NCBI GenBank assembly: GCA_045535635.1
Contig: JAZSLZ010000040.1
Span: 1-49,142, forward strand
Direction: 5' to 3'
Source: Clostridia bacterium
GTDB lineage: Bacteria > Bacillota > Clostridia > RGIG6154
DNA: 49,142 nucleotides
In this document: positions 26,508-34,554 of the stretch, in pieces
Position numbering within the stretch: position 1 is the first letter of the stretch
Layout: each line of letters starts with the position of its first letter
Notes under the pieces: generated by a model
The model's input: only the letters and a program-made list of their open reading frames with translations
Database searches by the model: none
What the model was told of the DNA's origin: nothing
Translations under genes and position numbers: made by a program

Positions 26508-27782
26508 TCATACGTCATAGTCGAGCTTAAATTTTTCACCACAACCATAGTTTTCATAAACATAATCAATATCCTTATCCCCTCTGCCTGAAAGACAAGC
26601 AAGGATTGAGCCTGATTTGTGTTCTTTAGCATATTTAATAGCAAATGCTACTGCATGAGCACTTTCAATTGCAGGAATAATACCCTCATATCTTGAAAGA
26701 AGGAAAAATGCTTCCATTGCTTCTTCGTCTGAAATAACATCATATTTAACTCTGTTCAAATCTCTTAAATATGCGTGTTCAGGACCAACACCAGGATAGT
26801 CAAGACCACTTGCAATTGAATAAACAGGAAGTGGTTCGCCTTTTTCATCCTGAAGAACATAGCTCTTATATCCGTGGATAACGCCTTCGCTTCCGTAAGC
26901 CATTGTTGCCGCATGGTCACCGATTTTTGAGCCTCTTCCAAGAGGTTCTATGCCATAAATTTCAACCGGATCTGCAAGAAATGGTGTGAACATACCAAGT
27001 GAGTTTGAGCCACCGCCAACACAAGCAGTTACTGCATCAGGCATAATGCCTGTCATCTCTAAGAACTGGTCTCTTGCCTCATATCCGATTACAGACTGAA
27101 AATCTCTCACCATTTTAGGAAACGGATGTGGACCTGCAGCAGTACCGATGCAATAAATAGCATCCTTATATTCATTAAGATACGCTTCAAAAGCTGCATC
27201 ACAAGCTTCTTTTAAAGTTTTAAGGCCCTTTGTTACAGGAATAACATTTGCACCAAGCATCTTCATTCTTATAACATTTGGATGCTGTTTTGCAATATCT
27301 ACTTCGCCCATATAAACATCACACTTCATACCAAAATATGCAGCTGCAGTTGCAATTGCAACGCCGTGCTGACCTGCACCTGTTTCTGCAATAATTTTTT
27401 TCTTACCCATATATTTTGCAAGAAGACCTTCACCCATACAATGGTTAAGCTTATGTGCACCTGTGTGATTTAAATCTTCTCTTTTGAGATAAATCTGGCA
27501 GTTACCAAAAATCTTTGAAAGTCTTTCACAGTGATAAACCGGTGTAGGTCTGCCCTGAAATTCTTTTCTTATTCTTCTTAATTCGTTAATAAACTGTGCA
27601 GAATGACATATTGCTTCATAAGCATCATCTGCCTGTTTGAATGCCTCCTGAAGCTCTGCATCGATATAAGAGCCGCCATAAGGACCAAAATATCCGTCTT
27701 CTGTAGGAAACTCTTTAAGATAATTATCAAAATCTTTATATTTGTTCATAATTTCGCCTTCTTTTACATACATTTCGTTCAT
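26508..27782 (-). CDS. TrpB2-type tryptophan synthase beta-like PLP enzyme
   Basis: 424 aa. PLP lysine motif HTGAHKLNH and GGGSNSLG glycine loop, with the long N-terminus typical of TrpB2. No trpA nearby. The true start may be the internal ATG at 27749 (MNKYKDF), which has the RBS GAAGG. Confidence 0.8.
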   Translation of the reverse strand: MNEMYVKEGEIMNKYKDFDNYLKEFPTEDGYFGPYGGSYIDAELQEAFKQADDAYEAICHSAQFINELRRIRKEFQGRPTPVYHCERLSKIFGNCQIYLKREDLNHTGAHKLNHCMGEGLLAKYMGKKKIIAETGAGQHGVAIATAAAYFGMKCDVYMGEVDIAKQHPNVIRMKMLGANVIPVTKGLKTLKEACDAAFEAYLNEYKDAIYCIGTAAGPHPFPKMVRDFQSVIGYEARDQFLEMTGIMPDAVTACVGGGSNSLGMFTPFLADPVEIYGIEPLGRGSKIGDHAATMAYGSEGVIHGYKSYVLQDEKGEPLPVYSIASGLDYPGVGPEHAYLRDLNRVKYDVISDEEAMEAFFLLSRYEGIIPAIESAHAVAFAIKYAKEHKSGSILACLSGRGDKDIDYVYENYGCGEKFKLDYDV

Positions 27783-27818
27783 TTTACCACATATTAAAAC
27801 AAATGCAAGTTTTAAGCT

Positions 27819-28754
27819 TTATTTTAATTTTATTGCTTCTTTAACCTTTTCTGCAATATATTCAGGTGTTATGTTATAAAGCTTGAAAAGCTCTGCAGGT
27901 TTTCCTGATGTACCGAATTTATCCTGAACACCAACTCTGAGTACAGGCACAGGAGCTTCTTCACAAACAACCTCTGCTACTGCACTTCCAAGACCGCCGT
28001 AAATGTTATGCTCTTCAACAGTTACGATTGCACCTGTTTCTTTAGCAGCTTTAACAATAATATCTCTGTCTATAGGCTTAATTGTATGTATATCAACAAC
28101 TCTTGCTGAAATTCCTTCTTCTTTAAGCATTTCTGCAGCTTTAAGTGCAAATTCAAGAACGATACCTGTTGCAACGATTGTCGCATCGCTTCCTTCTTTA
28201 ATTTCAACACCTTTACCAAGCTCAAACTTAAAGTCATCACTATGTATCTGCTCTGTTGCAAGTCTGCAGAATCTTAAATATACAGGTCCATTATGTTCAA
28301 GCGCCGCTTTAACAGCCTGTTTTGCTTCAATAGCATCACAAGGGTTAATAACAACCATACCCGGAATTGTTCTCATTAAGCTTATATCTTCAATACACTG
28401 ATGTGTTGCACCGTCCTCACCAACAGAAATACCGCCGTGAGTACCAACAACCTTAACATTTAATTTTGGGTAACAAACAGAGTTTCTTACCTGTTCATAG
28501 GCTCTTCCTGATGAAAACATTGCAAATGATGCCGCAAATACAGGAATACCGCAAGTTGCAATACCTGCCGCAGTTGAAATCATATTTCCCTCTGCAATAC
28601 CTGTATCTATAAATCTTTCAGGATATGCTTTTTTAAATATAACGGTTTTTGTTGCTTCTGCAAGGTCTGCATCCATAACAACAAAGTCATGACTTTCCGC
28701 AAGTTCTACCAAAGCTTTACCAAAAGCTTCTCTTGTAGCCATTTTTTCACTCAC
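27819..28754 (-). CDS. Transketolase, C-terminal (pyrimidine-binding) subunit
   Basis: 311 aa, split-transketolase C-terminal half (GIAEGNMISTAAG, EDGATHQ). Confidence 0.9.
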   Translation of the reverse strand: MSEKMATREAFGKALVELAESHDFVVMDADLAEATKTVIFKKAYPERFIDTGIAEGNMISTAAGIATCGIPVFAASFAMFSSGRAYEQVRNSVCYPKLNVKVVGTHGGISVGEDGATHQCIEDISLMRTIPGMVVINPCDAIEAKQAVKAALEHNGPVYLRFCRLATEQIHSDDFKFELGKGVEIKEGSDATIVATGIVLEFALKAAEMLKEEGISARVVDIHTIKPIDRDIIVKAAKETGAIVTVEEHNIYGGLGSAVAEVVCEEAPVPVLRVGVQDKFGTSGKPAELFKLYNITPEYIAEKVKEAIKLK

Positions 28755-29601
28755 CTAAAAGCACCTCCAATTCTGCAATTTTTGCATCTATTTCTTTAAT
28801 TGCAACTTCATATAATTCTTGATTAGGCGCCGCACCGTGCCACTGGCACTTGCCTTCCATATAAGATACGCCTTTACCTTTTGTTGATTTGCAGATAATA
28901 ATTGAAGGCTTACCTTTACATTCTTTTGCTTTAGAAATTGCATCGCAGATTTCTTCAACATTATGTGCATCTATTGTTAAAACATTAAAGCCAAAAGCTT
29001 CAAACTTTTTATCAACAGGAGCTGATGACATAACCTCTGCAGTTGCACCGTCAATCTGAAGACCGTTTAAGTCAAGGAAATATGTAACATTGTCAAGCTT
29101 ATAGTGAGATGCAAACATAGCCGCTTCCCAAACCTGACCTTCTTCAATTTCTCCATCGCCAAGTACAGCATAAACTCTGTAATCCTTATTCTTGAGCTTA
29201 CCTGCAAGTGCCATACCGTTTGCACAGCTTACGCCCTGACCAAGTGAGCCTGATGACATATCAACCCCGGGAATTCCTTTCATATCAGGATGACCTTCTA
29301 AATAACTGTCTGTTTTTCTTAAGGTTACAATGTCTTCCTTTGGAATAAATCCTTTTTCTGCCAATGCTCCGTAAAGTGCAGGTGCGCAATGGCCTTTTGA
29401 CATAACAAATCTGTCTCTGTCAGGATTTTTGGGGTCTTTAGGATCTACATTCATTTCTTTAAAATAAAGAACAGACATAATTTCTGCAATTGAAAGCGAT
29501 CCGCCAGGATGTCCTGATGCTGCATTGTAAACGCCGTCTAAAATATGTCTTCTTATTTTATAGGCATTTAAGTTAAGCATGTTTACTTCGTGTTTATTCA
29601 T
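28747..29601 (-). CDS. Transketolase, N-terminal (thiamine diphosphate-binding) subunit
   Basis: 284 aa. GHPGGSLS, SKGHCAPALY and GDGEIEEGQVWEA motifs. 8-nt overlap with the C-terminal subunit gene. Confidence 0.9.
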   Translation of the reverse strand: MNKHEVNMLNLNAYKIRRHILDGVYNAASGHPGGSLSIAEIMSVLYFKEMNVDPKDPKNPDRDRFVMSKGHCAPALYGALAEKGFIPKEDIVTLRKTDSYLEGHPDMKGIPGVDMSSGSLGQGVSCANGMALAGKLKNKDYRVYAVLGDGEIEEGQVWEAAMFASHYKLDNVTYFLDLNGLQIDGATAEVMSSAPVDKKFEAFGFNVLTIDAHNVEEICDAISKAKECKGKPSIIICKSTKGKGVSYMEGKCQWHGAAPNQELYEVAIKEIDAKIAELEVLLGE

Positions 29602-30440
29602 TGCTTAAGCCTTCCTCTCCTGAAATTGCCCCATACCTCTCTTGCATCAAAGAGAATAAAAAAGGCATTTTCATCTATGTTTATTACTATATTTTTTAAT
29701 TTTGCTAATTCATTTCTTTTAACAACACATAAAAGCGTTTTCATATCGTTGCCGGTGTACATACCTGTTGAGCTTATTCCTGTAACGCCTCTTTCAAGAA
29801 CATTTAATATTTCTTTTGAAACTTTTTCCCAGCTTGAGGTTACAATAAGCACTCCTTTTGCAAAATCTCCACCCTCTAAAACATAATCTACTATTCTTGC
29901 AGAGATTATTAAAGCTGCAAGTGCATAAATCCCAAGGTCAAAGTTTTGTGTTACAAAAACTGATGCTGCAATTATAGCTCCATCAACAACCATAATAAGT
30001 TTTCCTGTTGAAAGATTTGGCATAAACCTTCTTATAAGCAATACCGCAATTTCTGTACCGCCTGTAGTTCCGCCCATTTTCATTGCAATACCAACGCCAA
30101 GTCCCACAAGCACACCGCCTGAAATAGCTGATATAAACAAACTTTCAGTTACCAACGGTACTTCCTGCAAGAGGTTTGTCATTATGCTTAAGGTTAAAGT
30201 CCCTACCATTGATTTCAGCAGAAAATCTTTACCCATAAACTTAAAAGCACTTAAAAACAACGGTATGTTAAGACCAAGTATCACAAAGGAAGGTTCAATT
30301 CCTGTTGAATACTGGACTATGGCCGCTATTCCTGAAACTCCCCCTGCCGCAATAGTTTTTGGCAGTAAAAACAAATCAAGTCCAAGTGCCATAACGGTTG
30401 CGCCAATAATAACAAAGAAAAACTCTTTAAGTTTTTTCAT
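29598..30440 (-). CDS. YitT family membrane protein (DUF2179 C-terminal domain)
   Basis: 280 aa, multi-TM with GGVSG / GGTTG motifs and a soluble C-terminal domain. ATGA overlap with the transketolase gene. Confidence 0.8.
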   Translation of the reverse strand: MKKLKEFFFVIIGATVMALGLDLFLLPKTIAAGGVSGIAAIVQYSTGIEPSFVILGLNIPLFLSAFKFMGKDFLLKSMVGTLTLSIMTNLLQEVPLVTESLFISAISGGVLVGLGVGIAMKMGGTTGGTEIAVLLIRRFMPNLSTGKLIMVVDGAIIAASVFVTQNFDLGIYALAALIISARIVDYVLEGGDFAKGVLIVTSSWEKVSKEILNVLERGVTGISSTGMYTGNDMKTLLCVVKRNELAKLKNIVINIDENAFFILFDAREVWGNFRRGRLKQ

Positions 30441-30441
30441 C

Positions 30442-30478
30442 TTTTCATCTCCTCAATTTTATTTTGAGAAGATGAAAA
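30442..30478 (-). promoter_or_regulatory. Hairpin sequestering the yitT ribosome-binding site
   Basis: On the minus strand: TTTTCATCTTCTC-loop-GAGGAGATGAAAA, 13 bp with one G-U pair. The 3' arm contains the RBS GAGGAG and ends 1 nt before the yitT ATG. Starts just after the mrnC stop. Confidence 0.4.
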
Positions 30479-30482
30479 CTAT

Positions 30483-30893
30483 TTATTCAAGTTCTGTTGC
30501 TGTTTTCAGAAGATACTCAAGTCTTTCCATCTGTCCGTCTGCATATAAAAAGCCGATTAAGGTTTCAAAGCCTGTAGCTTTTTTGTATTCAGCAAGTGAT
30601 GCATTTTTTGCTCTGGTGTTCACCTTTGTGTTTCTGCCTCTTTTGAACATTGTTATTTCTTCTTCTGTCAAATAAGGCATAATCTTATCCATAGCCTCGC
30701 ATTGTGCAGATGCTTTTACATACTGCACAGCCTTTTTGTGAAGTGTGTTTGCCGCCGCATTTGTGTTATTTACAATTTTGGCTCTTATAAAAAGCTCAAA
30801 CACACCATCCCCTAAAAAAGCAAGGGTAAGTGGTGAATACTGATTAGCTTTTATCTTGAATTCTCCTGCAAATTCTGTTAACCGCGCTTCCAT
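30483..30893 (-). CDS. mrnC: Mini-ribonuclease 3
   Basis: 136 aa. [14 protein letters not shown] catalytic motif. Conserved cysE-cysS-mrnC synteny. Confidence 0.88.
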   Translation of the reverse strand: MEARLTEFAGEFKIKANQYSPLTLAFLGDGVFELFIRAKIVNNTNAAANTLHKKAVQYVKASAQCEAMDKIMPYLTEEEITMFKRGRNTKVNTRAKNASLAEYKKATGFETLIGFLYADGQMERLEYLLKTATELE

Positions 30894-32248
30894 TTTACGC
30901 CCTGTGGAGTATCTTCAAGAATAATTCCCATATTCTTTAAAGAATCTCTTATTTCATCTGCAAGTGCGAAATTTCTTTCTTTTCTTGCATTGTTTCTTTT
31001 TTCAATAAGCTCTTCAATGTCACTGTCTAAAAGTGCTTCTTCTTTTTCTTTGTAAATACCAAGAACATCGCAAAGCTCTTTTAAAAGTGCAAGTGCATTT
31101 TCTTTTGATGCTTCGTTCATCTCTGCAAGATAAGTGTTGATTTCCTTAACAAGCTCAAAAATAACTGAAATTGCATCTGCAGTGTTAAGGTCATCATCCA
31201 TAGCTTCAACAAATTTATCTCTGAAATTTGAAAGGTCAACATCCTTTGCACCTGCTTCGCCCTTCATTGAAAATTCAATATTTTCAATACATCTGTCAAT
31301 TCTTTCAAGACCGTTTTGTGCCTGACCTAAAAGCTCGTCAGAGAAATTGATTGGGCTTCTGTAATGAGCAGTTAACATAAAGAATCTTATAACTCTGTGC
31401 TCAAAATGCTCAGCAATATCTCTTATGGTAAAGAAATTGCCCTTTGATTTAGACATTTTCTCATTGTCTACATTAATAAAACCGTTGTGCATCCAGTATC
31501 TTGCAAAAGTGCAACCGTGAGCACATTCACTCTGCGCAATTTCGTTTTCGTGGTGTGGGAACATTAAGTCCTTACCACCGCTGTGAATATCAATTGTTTC
31601 GCCAAGGTACTTGTTTGCCATAGCAGAACATTCAATATGCCAACCTGGTCTTCCCATTCCCCATGGACTTTCCCATGCAGGTTCGCCCGGCTTCTGTTTT
31701 TTCCATACTGCGAAATCAAGGGGTTCTTTTTTCGCTTCGTTTATATTAATTCTTGCACCTGACTCCAAATCTTCAAGTGGCTGTTTTGAAAGTTTTCCGT
31801 ATTCACTGAATTTACTTGTCTGGAAGTAAACATCACCGTCAACCTCATAAGCAAAGCCTTTTTCAACAAGAGTAGAAACAAGCTCGATAATTTCCTGAAT
31901 ATGCTCTGTTGCCTTTGGATGATATGTTGCTTCTTTAATTCCAAGAGCCTTTGCATCTTTGAAATATTCTTCTATATATTGTTCGCCAAGCTCTTTAACA
32001 GTAATACCAAGGTCATTTGCCTTGTTAATCATTTTATCGTCAATATCTGTAAAGTTCTGAACAAAATTTACTTTATATCCTCTGTATTCAAAATATCTTC
32101 TTAACTGGTCGAAGATTATAAAAGGTCTCGCATTTCCAAGATGGAAGAAGTTATAAACTGTAGGACCGCAAGAGTACATATTTACAGTATTTTCATGAAG
32201 AGGAATAAATTCCTCCTTCTGTCTTGTCATAGTATTATATATTTTCAT
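30878..32248 (-). CDS. cysS: Cysteine--tRNA ligase
   Basis: 456 aa. HIGH-type FHLGNARP and KMSKS motifs. Confidence 0.95.
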   Translation of the reverse strand: MKIYNTMTRQKEEFIPLHENTVNMYSCGPTVYNFFHLGNARPFIIFDQLRRYFEYRGYKVNFVQNFTDIDDKMINKANDLGITVKELGEQYIEEYFKDAKALGIKEATYHPKATEHIQEIIELVSTLVEKGFAYEVDGDVYFQTSKFSEYGKLSKQPLEDLESGARININEAKKEPLDFAVWKKQKPGEPAWESPWGMGRPGWHIECSAMANKYLGETIDIHSGGKDLMFPHHENEIAQSECAHGCTFARYWMHNGFINVDNEKMSKSKGNFFTIRDIAEHFEHRVIRFFMLTAHYRSPINFSDELLGQAQNGLERIDRCIENIEFSMKGEAGAKDVDLSNFRDKFVEAMDDDLNTADAISVIFELVKEINTYLAEMNEASKENALALLKELCDVLGIYKEKEEALLDSDIEELIEKRNNARKERNFALADEIRDSLKNMGIILEDTPQGVKWKRG

Positions 32249-32874
32249 TTCTTATTTTCTCCTTTCTCAAGGTTATCAAGGCGTATCTGTATTCTACAAA
32301 ATTCCTGTGATATTGGGTCAGGCATATGAACATGGTCAAAGTTACCTGCAATCTTTTCATTATTTCTTCTTACAATTCTTGCAGGGATACCGACACAAGT
32401 GCAATTTTCAGGAACATCTGAAAGAACAACCGCATTCGCAGCAATCTTAACATTATCGCCAACAGTAAAGTTACCAAGCAGTTTTGCACCGCAACCAACT
32501 AAAACATTGTTTCCAAGAGTTGGATGTCTTTTTCCTTTGTCTTTACCCGTACCACCAAGGGTTACTCCCTGATAAATCGTACAGTTATCTCCAACAATTG
32601 CAGTTTCTCCTATTACAACTCCCATACCATGGTCAATGAAAACTCCGTTTCCAAGCTGTGCAGCAGGATGAATTTCTATGCCGTACTTTCTTCTTGTATT
32701 ATTTGAAATTCTTGTTGCTATAAACTTATGCCCTTTATTATAGAGCTTATGAGCAATTCTGTGCCTCATAACCGCTTTAAATCCAGGGTACATAAAAAAC
32801 ACTTCCCATGGATTTCTTGCGGCAGGGTCTCTGTCCATAATGGATTTTATATCATTTTTAATCTGGTCAAACAA
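32245..32874 (-). CDS. cysE: Serine O-acetyltransferase
   Basis: 209 aa. [18 protein letters not shown]-terminus plus hexapeptide repeats. TTG start behind GGGAGGG. ATGA overlap with cysS. Confidence 0.9.
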   Translation of the reverse strand: MFDQIKNDIKSIMDRDPAARNPWEVFFMYPGFKAVMRHRIAHKLYNKGHKFIATRISNNTRRKYGIEIHPAAQLGNGVFIDHGMGVVIGETAIVGDNCTIYQGVTLGGTGKDKGKRHPTLGNNVLVGCGAKLLGNFTVGDNVKIAANAVVLSDVPENCTCVGIPARIVRRNNEKIAGNFDHVHMPDPISQEFCRIQIRLDNLEKGENKK

Positions 32875-32990
32875 TACATTTGCCCTCCCAATATATAATC
32901 ACTCTATTTTAACATAATATACAAATCTTTTCAATAGTTTTCGCAGTATATTTTAAAGGATTTAATTTTAAAGAAATTTTTCAAAAAAGC

Positions 32991-33019
32991 TTTACAACAA
33001 ACAAATGTTCGTGTATAAT
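32991..33019 (+). promoter_or_regulatory. dinB promoter with candidate LexA (Cheo) box in the spacer
   Basis: TTTACA (32991-32996), 17-nt spacer, TATAAT (33014-33019). CAAAC-AAAT-GTTCG at 32998-33011 has one mismatch to the Firmicutes LexA consensus CGAAC-N4-GTTCG. Confidence 0.45.
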
Positions 33020-33038
33020 AAGAAACGGAGGTGAGAAA

Positions 33039-34280
33039 GTGGAAAGAACTATATTTCATATAGATGCAAACTCTGCATTTTTATCATGGAGTTCAGTAAA
33101 GCTGTTAAATCAGTGGCCCCCTATTGATTTAAGGGCAGTGCCTTCTGTTGTAGGCGGAAGCGAACAATCAAGAAAAGGCATTGTTTTAGCCTCTTCAATC
33201 CCTGCCAAAAAGATTGGCATAAAAACAGGAGAAACTTTATACAGTGCAAGACTTAAATGTCCTGAACTTATTGTTGTTCCTCCGGATTTTGCACTTTATG
33301 AAGAAATGTCCGCAAAATTCTTTAAAATTTGCAACGAATTTTCTCCTCTTGTTCAGAAATTTTCAATAGACGAGCTTTTCCTTGATTATACAAATATGGA
33401 ACCTCATTTTGGTCCACCTCTTGAGGGTGCAAATAAAATAAGTGAAAGAATAAAAAAAGAGCTTGGATTTACTGTAAATATTGGCATTTCCACAAATAAG
33501 CTACTGGCAAAAATGGCATCAGACTTTGAAAAACCTGATAAAATTCACACTCTTTACCCTGAAGAAATTAAGGAAAAAATGTGGCCACTTCCCATTGGCG
33601 ACCTTTTTATGGTGGGCAGACAAACAAAGAAAAAGCTTCTTGATATAGGAATTGATACCATAGGAAAACTTGCCAATACCGACATAGAGCTTATGAAAAA
33701 ATATCTAAAATCTCACGGTGAGCTTATTCACAAATACGCCAACGGCATTGATGCCTCATTGGTGGAAATTGAAAAAGAGCCTTATAAAAGCATAAGCAAC
33801 GGTTCAACCCTGCCAAAGGATATTTCAGACAAAGGTGAACTTTTAAAATATACCCTTTCTCTCTGCGAAAAGGTCTGCTCAAGATTAAGAAAGGAACAGG
33901 TTTCTGCTTCAGTTGTGGATATAGGTATTCGTTTTAAAGACCTTACCTTTGCATCGCACCAGAAGAAGCTTTTAAAATATATTTATTCCACAAATGATGT
34001 TTATAATACAGTTAAAGAGCTTATAGGCGAACTATGGGACGGTAAAACACCTGTCCGTGCCATAACAATAGGTCTTTCCGACCTTGTTTCAAACGAATAT
34101 CAGCAATGCTCATTCTTTGACAACGATAAATCAAAAAAATACGAAAAAATAGACGGCATAGTTGACGAACTTCGTGAAAAATACGGATTTCATTGCATAA
34201 CACGAGGCTCTCTTGTGGATAACAAATTCCACCAAAATGTTCTAAAACTGCAGAACCCCTCAATGAAATCCTACCTATAA
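33039..34280 (+). CDS. dinB: DNA polymerase IV (Y-family)
   Basis: 413 aa. IFHIDANSAFLS N-terminus and SIDELFLD catalytic motif. GTG start behind GGAGGTG. Confidence 0.9.
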   Translation: MERTIFHIDANSAFLSWSSVKLLNQWPPIDLRAVPSVVGGSEQSRKGIVLASSIPAKKIGIKTGETLYSARLKCPELIVVPPDFALYEEMSAKFFKICNEFSPLVQKFSIDELFLDYTNMEPHFGPPLEGANKISERIKKELGFTVNIGISTNKLLAKMASDFEKPDKIHTLYPEEIKEKMWPLPIGDLFMVGRQTKKKLLDIGIDTIGKLANTDIELMKKYLKSHGELIHKYANGIDASLVEIEKEPYKSISNGSTLPKDISDKGELLKYTLSLCEKVCSRLRKEQVSASVVDIGIRFKDLTFASHQKKLLKYIYSTNDVYNTVKELIGELWDGKTPVRAITIGLSDLVSNEYQQCSFFDNDKSKKYEKIDGIVDELREKYGFHCITRGSLVDNKFHQNVLKLQNPSMKSYL

Positions 34281-34282
34281 AG

Positions 34283-34309
34283 GTGCATACAAAAGTATGC
34301 ACTTTTTTT
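34283..34309 (+). terminator. Rho-independent terminator of dinB
   Basis: GTGCATAC-AAAA-GTATGCAC followed by TTTTTTT. Confidence 0.8.
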
Positions 34310-34330
34310 CAAAAGCTTTAGCATACTAAT

Positions 34331-34502
34331 TTTAGATAAAAAATGAGTTCAGATTTTGCTGATTTACGGCGTGATATTAATTTCAGATAAAAAAACGGAG
34401 TGATATTTTGATAAAGGCAACCCGTAAATAAGTTCAAAAATGGAGATAGATTTTGATAAACCCAAGCCGTAGCATATTGTAATATGTGAGGCTTGGGTTT
34501 AT
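34331..34502 (+). repeat. Three tandem, progressively degenerate ~50-bp units; the third (34433-34507) is an intact copy of the hairpin element also found at 45759-45835
   Basis: Units share AAAAA-nGAG-n-GAT(A)TTTTG-nT-A ... CGT(A/G). ATTTTG anchors at 34353, 34405 and 34450. The third unit forms ATAAACCCAAGC / GCTTGGGTTTAT around the loop CGTAGCATATTGTAATATGTGAG. Confidence 0.6.
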
Positions 34503-34504
34503 TT

Positions 34505-34534
34505 AAAAACGAGTGCACCTTAAAGTGCACTCGT
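34505..34534 (-). terminator. Rho-independent terminator of the pur operon
   Basis: On the minus strand: ACGAGTGCAC-TTTAAG-GTGCACTCGT followed by TTTTT. Confidence 0.8.
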
Positions 34535-34554
34535 GGTGTAGCCCATTTTTGGAC

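Noticed and set aside
34343-34480. Mini-ORFs in the repeat units (MSSDFADLRRDINFR, MEIDFDKPKP, and MQVYFDKIRRSIL at 45765).
   Set aside because: They have no Shine-Dalgarno sequences, the copies require different frames or indels to align, and conservation is best at the nucleotide and structure level.
34318-34530. 70-aa minus-strand ORF spanning the tandem-repeat region downstream of purL.
   Set aside because: It starts inside the pur terminator hairpin, has no RBS, and its sequence only mirrors the degenerate DNA repeats (YQNLSPF / YQNITPF). The region is better explained as a non-coding repeat.
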